A DNA stretch of 64,000 bases from Candidatus Hydrogenedentota bacterium (GTDB lineage: Bacteria > Hydrogenedentota > Hydrogenedentia > Hydrogenedentales > GCA-2746185), in assembly GCA_947486375.1 (NCBI GenBank), contig CANKTP010000001.1:17118-81117 (forward strand), in the 5' to 3' direction. This document shows, piece by piece, positions 18,719 to 27,451 of this stretch. Made by a program: the position numbers and the translations under genes. The notes beneath the pieces are model-generated. The model made no database searches and was not told where the DNA came from. It worked only from the letters and a program-made list of their open reading frames with translations. Numbering within the stretch: position 1 is the first letter of the stretch; each line of letters begins with the position of its first letter.

Positions 18719-20191
18719 GTGTACGGGACAAATTTGACGACGGGGTACGACTGGATGGACAAGCAGGGACTGGACGACTTATTTACCAAGGTGAAGGTCG
18801 CGCTCGGCGAGCATGCGGCCCGGGCCGTGGATGGGAACAACGACATTTCGGCGCGTATAGCGGAGATTCGCGATACGTTGGGCGAGGTGATCGACAGGGC
18901 CGCGAGCGAGCGGGCGAAATCCGTGGGTCTCGCCGATGCGGTAAAGGAACGCCTCAAGGCCCTCGAGGAGTCGATTCCGCGACTGCCCTCAGAGGAGGAT
19001 AAGGAGCGGCTCGCAAAACTGGAGAAGTCGCTTGGCGAGCGCAGCGACGAAGTCGTCGCGTCGAAAAAACGAATCGCCCAACTTGAAAAGGCGCTTTCCG
19101 AGCACGCGGAATCGGAACAACACGCCGCACGAACGATTGCCGCCCTCGAGAAGGAACTTCTCGAACGCAACGAGGCCACCCAAGCCGCAACGCACCGAAT
19201 CGCCGAGCTGGAGAGCCAGGCTGCGGCGATTCCACGGGAAAGGTTGGCCGAACTCGAGAAAACCGTCGCCGACGCCAGAAACGCCGGGAAGGCGTCCGAG
19301 GAAAAACAGAAGGCCCTTTGGGACCAAGTGTCCGCCGAGAAGTCAGCGACCGAGGCAGCGTCGCGGCGGGTATCCGAGCTGGAAGTGGCGGTGCAGGATG
19401 CCCGTGGCGAGCTGGAGTCGCTCCGCAAGGAACGCCAAGCGGAACGGAAGAATCTCGATGAGGCGAATATTTCCGCCCGGGAGGCGGACAACCTCGCGAG
19501 AATGCTCGAGGCGGAGAAGGAACGCGCGAACGCCCTTGATCGAGAACTTGTCGATGAGCGCAAAAAGAGCATGAAATCGGTCCTCGCGCAGCAGCTTACC
19601 GAGGCCCTCAAGGATCGGGAGGACACCCTCGAGGAGGCCATCCGCCTTCGCGCCGAGCTTGCGACGCTCCGAAACGAAGCGCAACCCGCGGGCCCAGGCC
19701 CGGCGAAACCCAAGGACAAAATCGAGGAAAAGATCCGGCAGGCCGCCGCGCCGGACAGCGAGGAAGCGAGGAAGCGCATGGGGGACATCCTCGTGGATGC
19801 GGGCGTGATCACCGGGAAACAACTCGAGGACGCCATCGCGGAACAGAGGGAGTTTCCCATGAAGCGACTCGGGGCGATCCTGGTCGAGAAGAGATTCGCC
19901 AGCGAGGATGTCGTGGCCCAGGCGCTGGCGTTCCAACGCAACGTCGAGTTCGTCCGAATCAAGGCGGAGACCATCGACACGGCCGCCGCAAAGCTCATTT
20001 CGGGCCGGCTCGCCGAACACCACGGTTGCATCCCGATTAGCACGTTCCGGGGAAAGATGACCCTGGCGATGATCAATCCGCTCGATCTCATCGCGATCGA
20101 GGATGTCGAGCGAGCGAGCAACCACCAAGTCGACCCGGTGGTCGCCACCTCGACCGACATCATCAATTGGATTCGCGAAATCTACGACTGA
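18719..20191 (+). CDS. Coiled-coil protein with a C-terminal MshEN domain (N-terminal domain of type II secretion ATPase GspE). It is a putative c-di-GMP receptor.
   Basis: The N-terminal ~330 aa are heptad-rich (ELE/KALSE/RLAELE). The C-terminus contains two tandem matches to the MshEN c-di-GMP motif RLGxxLLxxGLIxxxxLxxxLxxQ. The first is 'RMGDILVDAGVITGKQLEDAIAEQ'. The second is 'RLGAILVEKRFASEDVVAQALAFQ'. A T2SSE_N-like tail '...MINPLDLIAIEDV...' follows them. The track start at 18719 is GTG; an alternative ATG is at 18755. Confidence 0.7.
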   Translation: MYGTNLTTGYDWMDKQGLDDLFTKVKVALGEHAARAVDGNNDISARIAEIRDTLGEVIDRAASERAKSVGLADAVKERLKALEESIPRLPSEEDKERLAKLEKSLGERSDEVVASKKRIAQLEKALSEHAESEQHAARTIAALEKELLERNEATQAATHRIAELESQAAAIPRERLAELEKTVADARNAGKASEEKQKALWDQVSAEKSATEAASRRVSELEVAVQDARGELESLRKERQAERKNLDEANISAREADNLARMLEAEKERANALDRELVDERKKSMKSVLAQQLTEALKDREDTLEEAIRLRAELATLRNEAQPAGPGPAKPKDKIEEKIRQAAAPDSEEARKRMGDILVDAGVITGKQLEDAIAEQREFPMKRLGAILVEKRFASEDVVAQALAFQRNVEFVRIKAETIDTAAAKLISGRLAEHHGCIPISTFRGKMTLAMINPLDLIAIEDVERASNHQVDPVVATSTDIINWIREIYD

Positions 20192-20325
20192 TGCGCCCCC
20201 TGGGCGCGCGCGAATTCGGGACCGCCGGGCCCGTTTGTTATACTTGAACTCCCCCCGCTCGAGACTCGTCCCCGTCATGGCGCCTTGGAGACGGGGCGCT
20301 TGCAACCGCGTCATATCGAGGACTC

Positions 20326-21369
20326 ATGAGCGACGCAAAACTCATCATCGGCATGCCCGCCGGTTCGCTGGCCGATGCCCAGCGCGGCGGCAGCCTTGTC
20401 ACCCTGCTCAAACAGGCTGGTTTCGCCACAAATGGGTACGCCACCGGCGGCCCGACCGTCTTTCCCTTGACGCCGTTCCTTGTCGGCTGGGATGGCCGTC
20501 CGCAGGAATTTGCCAGCCAAATCGCCCTCGAGGAAATCGACATCGCGATTGCCGGCAGCGACTGGATAAACGAACGGCGCCTCGAGTTCAAGTACGAATA
20601 CGGAAGGGAGATTCCGCTCGAGAATGTCCTCTCGCTTGAACGCGGCCACGTGCGGATCGTCATCATCAACCAAGACACGCGCCCATGCGACGATTGGTTG
20701 GGCGAACTTCTCCGGTGCAAACCGCTTGTCACCATGGTCTCCGAGATGCCGTATCTCGCCCTCGATTGGTTCCAGCGCAAGGCCTCGGCGCTGGGATTCG
20801 GAGAATCGCATGGGGGCCTCTACTCGGTACAAAAATTCAAGACCCCGCCGCGCATCGCCAACGGTATCGTGATATACGAGACTTGGGGAAAGACCGAGGC
20901 CAAGGTGGTCAATGGCAGCGTCGATTTTGGCTTGGAAATCACCCAATCCGGGAGCGCCATACGCAACTATGGGCTCAACGTAGCCGACGTGGTGATGCAC
21001 TCCGAGACGGGCGCGTGGATCAATACCGCGCTGCGACAGAATCCCGAGAAATACGACCTTGCGAAGATGGTCCTATTGAATTTGTACGGGGCGGTGTTCG
21101 CCGAACACAAGGTGCTTCTGATGTTCAACAGCCGCAAGGCCGGCGTGAAGGATGTGATCGCATATCTCGAACGGAACAAATTGTTCGCCGACGAGCCGAC
21201 CCTGATCGAGGGCAGCGGTTTCGTCGAGTTCAGCATACAGCTCGACGCGATCTCGAGCGAGTTGCCGTTGGCAAAGGTCCGATATGAACTCGCGAAGCTC
21301 GGGGCGACTGGCATCGAGACCGTGCCGCTCGAGTCGTCGATTCCGGGAATCGACGCGATTGCATTCTGA
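20326..21369 (+). CDS. hisG: ATP phosphoribosyltransferase-like protein (HisG family, long form with an insertion)
   Basis: 'LIIGMPAGSLADAQRGGSLVTLLKQAGF', 'DIAIAGSDWINE' and 'VNGSVDFGLEITQSGSAIRNYGL' correspond to the E. coli HisG blocks LRIAMQKSGRL..., DLGIIGENVLEE and NGSVE...STGATLEANGL. Confidence 0.6.
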   Translation: MSDAKLIIGMPAGSLADAQRGGSLVTLLKQAGFATNGYATGGPTVFPLTPFLVGWDGRPQEFASQIALEEIDIAIAGSDWINERRLEFKYEYGREIPLENVLSLERGHVRIVIINQDTRPCDDWLGELLRCKPLVTMVSEMPYLALDWFQRKASALGFGESHGGLYSVQKFKTPPRIANGIVIYETWGKTEAKVVNGSVDFGLEITQSGSAIRNYGLNVADVVMHSETGAWINTALRQNPEKYDLAKMVLLNLYGAVFAEHKVLLMFNSRKAGVKDVIAYLERNKLFADEPTLIEGSGFVEFSIQLDAISSELPLAKVRYELAKLGATGIETVPLESSIPGIDAIAF

Positions 21370-21396
21370 CGCTGGCGCAATTTGGAAGGACCGACG

Positions 21397-22074
21397 GTGA
21401 AATTCGTATTGACCAACGACGACGGCATTGACGCCCCCGGAATCCGGGCGCTGCAAATTGCCATCAAGGGCGAAGGCACCGTGGTGGCCCCCAAACACCA
21501 TAAATCCGGGTGTAGCCACACGATTACCACCACGGAACCGATCCATGTGGCCCGGCGCGGCGAACGGGCTTTTGCGGTCGACGGCACCCCCGCCGACTGT
21601 GCGCGTCTTGCCATCACCCACCTATGCCCCGATGCGAACTTTGTGCTGTCAGGCATAAACGCGGGCGGCAATCTTGGCGCGGACGTCTACATCTCGGGAA
21701 CGGTGGCGGCCGTTCGTGAGGCGGCGTTTCTCGGCGTGCCCGGGATCGCGGTTTCGCTTCACCAACGGGATTTTCGCGCCTTCGATTGGGAGACGGCGGC
21801 CCGATGGACGGCGAAGGTCATCGAGGACCTCTTGGCCCTTCCGCTTTCCCACGGCGAATTTTGGAATGTAAACCTGCCGCATCTCGATGCCGGCGTGCCG
21901 GATCCAGAGGTCGTGTTTTGTGCGGTCTGCACCGCCCCGAAGTCCGTGCGATTTAGGCTCGAGGGCGAGCACTACCATTTTATCGGCGACTACGCCGACC
22001 GTCCGCCCACGCCCGGGGGCGATTTCGAACAATGCCTTGCGGGCAAGATTACGGTGTCGAAACTGATACTCTAG
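21397..22074 (+). CDS. surE: 5'/3'-nucleotidase SurE
   Basis: 'VKFVLTNDDGIDAPGI', 'SGINAGGNLG' and 'SGTVAAVREAAFLG' are present. The track start at 21382 is TTG. A GTG at 21397 has GGAAGGA 6 nt upstream. Confidence 0.8.
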   Translation: MKFVLTNDDGIDAPGIRALQIAIKGEGTVVAPKHHKSGCSHTITTTEPIHVARRGERAFAVDGTPADCARLAITHLCPDANFVLSGINAGGNLGADVYISGTVAAVREAAFLGVPGIAVSLHQRDFRAFDWETAARWTAKVIEDLLALPLSHGEFWNVNLPHLDAGVPDPEVVFCAVCTAPKSVRFRLEGEHYHFIGDYADRPPTPGGDFEQCLAGKITVSKLIL

Positions 22075-22132
22075 TCCCGTCGCAACTTTCCGCCGGATTG
22101 AGGCATCCATCGGGCAGGGGTATAGTGGGCCC

Positions 22133-23050
22133 ATGGAATCGAAACTCGCATCGTCTGTCCGGCGTTTCGGCTGGAAAAGCGCCGCGCGCTTTAGTCTCGC
22201 CCTGGGCATCGGCTTGGCGTTTCTCCTGCGCCCCGATGCGGTCGGCGGCATCTCGCAACACACCGCGTTGATGGATGCGTCCGGCCAGTTGCTCGACGAT
22301 TCGTTGGATCGCAACCTCGTCACATTCATCAGCCTGAGCGGCATCAAGTCTGTCCTGGCCTTGGTCGAGGGTAGCTCGGTCGGGGTGGGATTCGATATCG
22401 AGGTGGGCGACATCATCCAGCCGGCCTACGACTACGTCGATTTTATCTGGACGATTTTTGTCTACGCCCTGCTCGTGCTCGGGTTCTACAAGCTGCTCCT
22501 GGAGACCGGGATCCTCGGCGTGGGGTTCGCGTTCATCGGCGGCGGCTTGATTCTCATTGCCGCGGGCCGGCTTCCCTCGGCAGCCGCGGACATCCTGCGG
22601 AGGTGGGGCCGATTCATGGGTCTCGCCGGCATCCTCGTGTCCTATATCGTGCCCCTCTCCCTATTGGCCACCCAGTACGTGGGCGACAAGTACCTTGCGC
22701 CGGCAAAGGCGTCCAATGCCGCGCGCATCGACAGCGTCAGGGCGAATTTCGACGCCGCACAGGAGTCATTGCTCGATCTCCGCGACAAGATTTCGCTGCT
22801 CAATCCGGGGGAAAGCTACGAACAGGTTAAAACCAGCGCCCTGTCCATAGCGAACCGCGTCGCCGATTCGGTTTGGGGGAGCCTTTTCGCGTTTTTGAAT
22901 TTTGTCCTGATACTTCTCGTCGAATTGCTGTTGCTCCCGTTCTTGAGTGCGTTTCTATTGTATCGAATCCTGTCGATCGCGACCGGGGGAATTCCGATGC
23001 CGGGGCGCAAAGGCGATGGCGCCGCAGTCGCGCCTCCGCCAGGAACTTAG
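22133..23050 (+). CDS. Hypothetical integral membrane protein
   Basis: Several hydrophobic helices are present, for example 'IWTIFVYALLVLGFYKLLL' and 'SLFAFLNFVLILLVELLLLPFLSAFLLY'. No recognisable catalytic motif was found. Confidence 0.5.
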   Translation: MESKLASSVRRFGWKSAARFSLALGIGLAFLLRPDAVGGISQHTALMDASGQLLDDSLDRNLVTFISLSGIKSVLALVEGSSVGVGFDIEVGDIIQPAYDYVDFIWTIFVYALLVLGFYKLLLETGILGVGFAFIGGGLILIAAGRLPSAAADILRRWGRFMGLAGILVSYIVPLSLLATQYVGDKYLAPAKASNAARIDSVRANFDAAQESLLDLRDKISLLNPGESYEQVKTSALSIANRVADSVWGSLFAFLNFVLILLVELLLLPFLSAFLLYRILSIATGGIPMPGRKGDGAAVAPPPGT

Positions 23051-23086
23051 GCCGGGGTCTTGTGCCGGGCGCCCGGACTCGTTAGC

Positions 23087-26000
23087 ATGTCGGGGTACGA
23101 GGGCAGCAGCGGGGACGCACTCATGGAAACACTTGGCGGGAGCGGGAGCGAGTCGGGGCCCGAATCGGAAAGCCCCAGACAAGTATCGATACCCACGGTT
23201 CGCCCAGAAAAGGGCGGTCTTCGCCCGGATGCCCCGCGCACCCCCAGCCCCGCGCCCCAGACAAGGCCGCGCGAATACGATGGGTTTCAATTCTCGTCGC
23301 GCTTCGGACGGCTTCGGGTTCCCCAAGGCCGGATGTATCCCGTCTCGCGCTGGATTCTCCTCATCGCTTTTGTCTTGGCGAGTGTTTACACCGTAGGCCG
23401 AATGATCTGGAGCCAGACGCACACGCGCCTACCCAATTCGTTCGGTCTCGGACTCGATAGCGCGCACCACGCCAAGATATTCAATCTTGACGACGGATAT
23501 CGATTGGTCGAGGTTGACGGCATCCCGGTGGGGAACCCCGGCACGCTGTCCGAAGTGCTCGATTCGTCGTCCGCCAAGGAAACGCGGCTTCGATTCGAGA
23601 GGCAAGACCGTTCACGGCGAATCGCCCGCGAAGTTGTGTGGGTGGTGAGTCCCGAGTTGCCGGAGATCGATGGGCCAATTCACGACTCGTATCTCCTTGG
23701 CCCCGGCGTCGACCCCGGCCGGTACGGCATGGCCGGCGGGGAACGCATTGTTTCTGTCGGCGGCCCCTGGCCCGGCGGCCCTGGCTGGCAACGATTGTTC
23801 GATGTTCCGGACACCGGAATCCTAAGGCTCACGGTGCAACCCGCAGGCCGGGATTTGCCGCCTCACGATGTCATCATTTGCCACATCGATTGGAGTGCCC
23901 AGTGGACCCGATTTTCCGTGGGTTCCTTCTTGGGGTTCCTGGGCGTATTCGTCTTTTGGAGGTTGCCTGAGACGCGAAGCTCCCACGGTTTCACCGCCTT
24001 GACCCTGATGATGGGACTCTCGATTTTCTCGGGGGCGGTCCCGCATCCATACCGTCTCGAATTGGAGAATGTCGCGCGGCTGCTACTCCATGTGCTCTTG
24101 CCCTCGGCGGCGTTGCTATTCGTGCTGCGCTTCTCGGCATGGCGGCTGGCGGTTGCCAAGGCACGTTTCCCCATGCTGCTTACGTGGAGCCTCGGCGCGT
24201 GCGCCATCGTGGCGAATCGAAGGTTCTTTCCGGACGAGGCCGACGCGGGTTCGTTGGGAAGCCCGATCGTTCGGGCCATGATTGGCGTGTACGCGGCGCT
24301 GGTCCTGTGCGCTCTTTGCGGGGAACCGCTGGCCAGGGCATTCCGTGCACGCCTCCGGGCGACCGATCGCCAGCGCGGCATAACGATGCGTTTCGTCGCA
24401 TGCGTGGCCCTCCTCCTGGCCCTGGTGTACGCGGCCTTGTCCTATTGGGATGTCGGACGGGATATCAGGATATTCCTCGAATTTGCCGTAATGGCCTGCC
24501 CCGCGATGCTTGCGTATGCTGTCCTGCGCCATGGTGCGCTTGAGTTCCGGGAACTTATACGCGACGCGGCGCCCTATCTGGCGCTTCTCGTGGCGCTCCC
24601 AGCGGCCTACGCGGCATTGGTTGACGGACTCTTGCCCCTCGCCGGACTATGGGCCGGTCTCGAATTTGGCCTGGCAAGCCCGGTCGTCATGGCCGCACTG
24701 GGGCTTGCAGCTGTCCTTATCCGGCCGCGCATACGGGACCATTTCCAATTCCGAATCCAGGGCGTTCCGGCGAACTACGATTCCCTTCTCCAATCGTTCA
24801 GCGAGAAGGCCGCCATCGAGCGCATGCCCCAGGCTTTTTGCGACATGGCCGCGCGGGAACTTGCCCGTACTTCCCATGCGCCCAATGTCGTCATCATCAC
24901 AAGGTATCCCGGCGACGATAGTTGGAACATCGCCGCCGCGACGCCGGGGCCACGGTTGGAACGCGCCCTCGAGTGCATGGACGCCCTGGTCTCACTCCTG
25001 CAACTCTCCCGCAGGGAGATTCGCCGTGACGACTTGTTGGAAGACGTGCGTTACGGCGAGGTGCGATTGCGGGCGCTCGCGGCGATGGACGAGCTGTCCG
25101 CATCCGTTGTGCTTCCGATGATGATCCACGATCGAATGGTCGGTGTGGTCGCCTTCGGCGACAAGGCCGGTTTTCGAAACTTCTCGACCGACGATCTCCG
25201 CTCCTTGCGGAGGGTCACGCGCCACATGGCGTTCACTCTCTGGGGTATGGTCGACACGCTCTTGGCGCGGCGTAACACGCGGATAGTGGACCTGCACCCC
25301 GCGCTGCCCGACGTCATCGGTCGATGGAGCATTTCCGGGTTTCTGGGCAAGGGAGGCATGTCCTACGTATATCTCGGGCGCCATGAGGGTACCGAGGCGG
25401 CCGTCAAGGTGGCCAACGGGGCCGTGCAGGCGAGCGTTCTTTTGCTCGAGCGCTTTCACCGGGAGGCCCTCTCGATGAAACGCATTGACCATCCGAACAT
25501 TGTCCATGTCCTCGAGGTTGCCCACGCCAAAGGCGAACCCTATATCGCGTTGGAATACTTCTCGGGCGGCTCGCTGCGCGACATGGTCCGGACGCGCGGC
25601 CCGCTCGGGGAACCCGAGGTGCTCGATTACGCCCGCCAAGCCGTACACGGGCTAAACGCCGCACTTCGACACGGCGTCATTCACCGGGACATCAAACCGC
25701 GCAATTTGTTTCTTTCCTCCGGGGGGGTACTCAAGGTGGGGGACTTCGGGCTTGCGCGCATGGAGGATATTTCGACCATCACGAGCGTTGGCGACGTCTT
25801 GGGCACGCCCGATTACATGAGCCCCGAGGTGGCGCGGGGCGACCGCGTCGATTGGCGCGCCGATCAATATGCGTTGGGCATCACGATGTACGAGTTGCTC
25901 GCGGGGAAGCGGCCCTTCAAGTCCGATCGCGCCGATGCCCTCATCCTGCAATACCTCACCGGGTCCGTCCCCGATATTCGCAAGCAGCGTCCGGAGGTCT

Positions 26001-26152
26001 CCGTCCTGACGGCCCGGATCATCATCCGGATGATATCCAAGGTGCCGGAGAAGCGTTTCCCCTCGTATGACGAACTCATCGAGGCCCTGTCTCACGCACT
26101 CGAGTGGAACCGGGGCGGCGGCCAGGTAGACGGGAGCGAGGGAATTCATTGA
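23087..26152 (+). CDS. Multi-pass membrane sensor Ser/Thr protein kinase. It has an N-terminal PDZ-like segment, about 8 TM helices, a GAF-like domain and a Hanks-type kinase.
   Basis: The kinase motifs 'GKGGMSYVYLG', 'AVKV', 'HRDIKPRN', 'DFGLAR' and 'GTPDYMSPE' are present. A GAF-like block 'VLPMMIHDRMVGVVAFGDKAGFRNFS' is present. The start is uncertain: the track ORF begins with TTG at 23060, and ATGs lie at 23087, 23123 and 23333. Confidence 0.75.
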   Translation: MSGYEGSSGDALMETLGGSGSESGPESESPRQVSIPTVRPEKGGLRPDAPRTPSPAPQTRPREYDGFQFSSRFGRLRVPQGRMYPVSRWILLIAFVLASVYTVGRMIWSQTHTRLPNSFGLGLDSAHHAKIFNLDDGYRLVEVDGIPVGNPGTLSEVLDSSSAKETRLRFERQDRSRRIAREVVWVVSPELPEIDGPIHDSYLLGPGVDPGRYGMAGGERIVSVGGPWPGGPGWQRLFDVPDTGILRLTVQPAGRDLPPHDVIICHIDWSAQWTRFSVGSFLGFLGVFVFWRLPETRSSHGFTALTLMMGLSIFSGAVPHPYRLELENVARLLLHVLLPSAALLFVLRFSAWRLAVAKARFPMLLTWSLGACAIVANRRFFPDEADAGSLGSPIVRAMIGVYAALVLCALCGEPLARAFRARLRATDRQRGITMRFVACVALLLALVYAALSYWDVGRDIRIFLEFAVMACPAMLAYAVLRHGALEFRELIRDAAPYLALLVALPAAYAALVDGLLPLAGLWAGLEFGLASPVVMAALGLAAVLIRPRIRDHFQFRIQGVPANYDSLLQSFSEKAAIERMPQAFCDMAARELARTSHAPNVVIITRYPGDDSWNIAAATPGPRLERALECMDALVSLLQLSRREIRRDDLLEDVRYGEVRLRALAAMDELSASVVLPMMIHDRMVGVVAFGDKAGFRNFSTDDLRSLRRVTRHMAFTLWGMVDTLLARRNTRIVDLHPALPDVIGRWSISGFLGKGGMSYVYLGRHEGTEAAVKVANGAVQASVLLLERFHREALSMKRIDHPNIVHVLEVAHAKGEPYIALEYFSGGSLRDMVRTRGPLGEPEVLDYARQAVHGLNAALRHGVIHRDIKPRNLFLSSGGVLKVGDFGLARMEDISTITSVGDVLGTPDYMSPEVARGDRVDWRADQYALGITMYELLAGKRPFKSDRADALILQYLTGSVPDIRKQRPEVSVLTARIIIRMISKVPEKRFPSYDELIEALSHALEWNRGGGQVDGSEGIH

Positions 26153-26344
26153 GTGAGGGCTGTTTTGACGGTGCGGCGCAGGGTTTGAAAGCGCTGGGAA
26201 GGTGCGCATATGATTCGATTGCCGCGAATTGGGAAGCGAGAGGCTCGGAACAGCCGGAAGGCGCGAGTCGCCCGTGGCGATTTCGGGTTTAATTCCCATG
26301 GAGCATACGAATCCTTCTTGGAAATGATGGGGACACCGGTCTCA

Positions 26345-27133
26345 ATGCATTCGATAAATGGCGCGGCTTTGGCCCTGCTGGCGCTCGTGTGTTGTCCCTT
26401 CGCGCATGCGGGCGACGCCACCGAGTCGCCTTTCGTGGATTGGCAGTATCCGGCGTGGTTCGACGCGACGCAGGGGGTGACCGTGTCGTTTCGCGCGGGG
26501 ACCTTGGCCGGGGGGACTACGGAGACGGTTGTCGAGTACGTTTACTCGACCGGACCCAAGGGCCAGATAATCGCGGCGGCGGATCCTTCCGAGAACGGCC
26601 GTTTCGCCGCCGTAATACCGGGACTTCCGGAACCGGTGCTTGGGAATTTGGAAGTCACCGCGCGCGCCAAGGTGGACGGACGCGAGCTGCGCTCGCAGAC
26701 AGTCGCGATTGCGGCCGCGTACGTGAAAGAATTCGAGGTGACGGGGAATCCGCCGGTCGTGCTGCCCTACCCGCTCCTCGATGACGCTTATCTTGCGCGG
26801 TACATCCCCTGCTGCAATATCTTTGGCGGCGTCCTGGTAGGCAAGCGGATTCCGGTGTTGCCGACCGACACGCGAGACGGTCTCCCCGCGAGATTGGTGA
26901 GTGACTTCGCCGTACTCGAGCCCGACGGTCTCACCGAGTCGACTGCGGGGTTGCACATGCAATTTCGTTACGACCCCACCGCCGTCGAGGCGACGGGGGT
27001 GACTACCGTCGCATTGTATACGTGGGATATCCGGGCATGGCGTGAAGTCCGGAGTTACGAAATCGATACCCTCGCGGGGACGGTCGATTTCCATTGCCCG
27101 GCGGGCGGGATTTTTGTGCTCGGAGAAAAATAG
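26345..27133 (+). CDS. Hypothetical secreted protein
   Basis: The internal ATG at 26345 gives the signal peptide 'MHSINGAALALLALVCCPFAHAG'. No recognisable domain was found. Confidence 0.45.
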   Translation: MHSINGAALALLALVCCPFAHAGDATESPFVDWQYPAWFDATQGVTVSFRAGTLAGGTTETVVEYVYSTGPKGQIIAAADPSENGRFAAVIPGLPEPVLGNLEVTARAKVDGRELRSQTVAIAAAYVKEFEVTGNPPVVLPYPLLDDAYLARYIPCCNIFGGVLVGKRIPVLPTDTRDGLPARLVSDFAVLEPDGLTESTAGLHMQFRYDPTAVEATGVTTVALYTWDIRAWREVRSYEIDTLAGTVDFHCPAGGIFVLGEK

Positions 27134-27179
27134 CAGGCCACCGCCGATGTCGGTTTGGTTGCCGCGGCGCGCTTTCCCT

Positions 27180-27360
27180 ATCAAATGTTCGCTATGTTTG
27201 TCAGTGGAGAATCGAGAGTGAAGTCTCGTTGGCGATAATTATCGATAGTAACGTATCAATTATGTAGACAACTAAATGCAATTAAAGGCGTTGTGCTATA
27301 AATTTCTATACTGAGTATCAATGGAATGAAAATTGCTATGAAAAATGCGGGAAAGCCTGC
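27180..27360. promoter_or_regulatory. AT-rich island (roughly 35% GC) immediately upstream of the giant gene. It is a probable promoter/regulatory region.
   Basis: The run 'tatcaaatgttcgctatgtttgtcagtgg...ataattatcgatagtaacgtatcaattatgtagacaactaaatgcaattaaagg...ctataaatttctatactgagtatcaatggaatgaaaattgctatgaaaaatg' contrasts with the ~65% GC flanks. The palindrome AGCGCAtttcttgTGCGCT lies at about 27381-27399. Confidence 0.5.
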
Positions 27361-27451
27361 CTTGTGGTAGCATGAAGCGTAGCGCATTTCTTGTGCGCTG
27401 CGGAATCTGTATCATCGAATGTCGTGATTGGATCAAGTGGGAGGGGAAGAC

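Noticed and set aside
20192-20325. Two GC hairpins after the coiled-coil/MshEN gene (GCGCCC-cctg-GGGCGC and CCCCGTC-n13-GACGGGG)
   Set aside because: Neither is followed by a T-tract, so I do not call an intrinsic terminator. They could still be attenuator or mRNA-stability structures.
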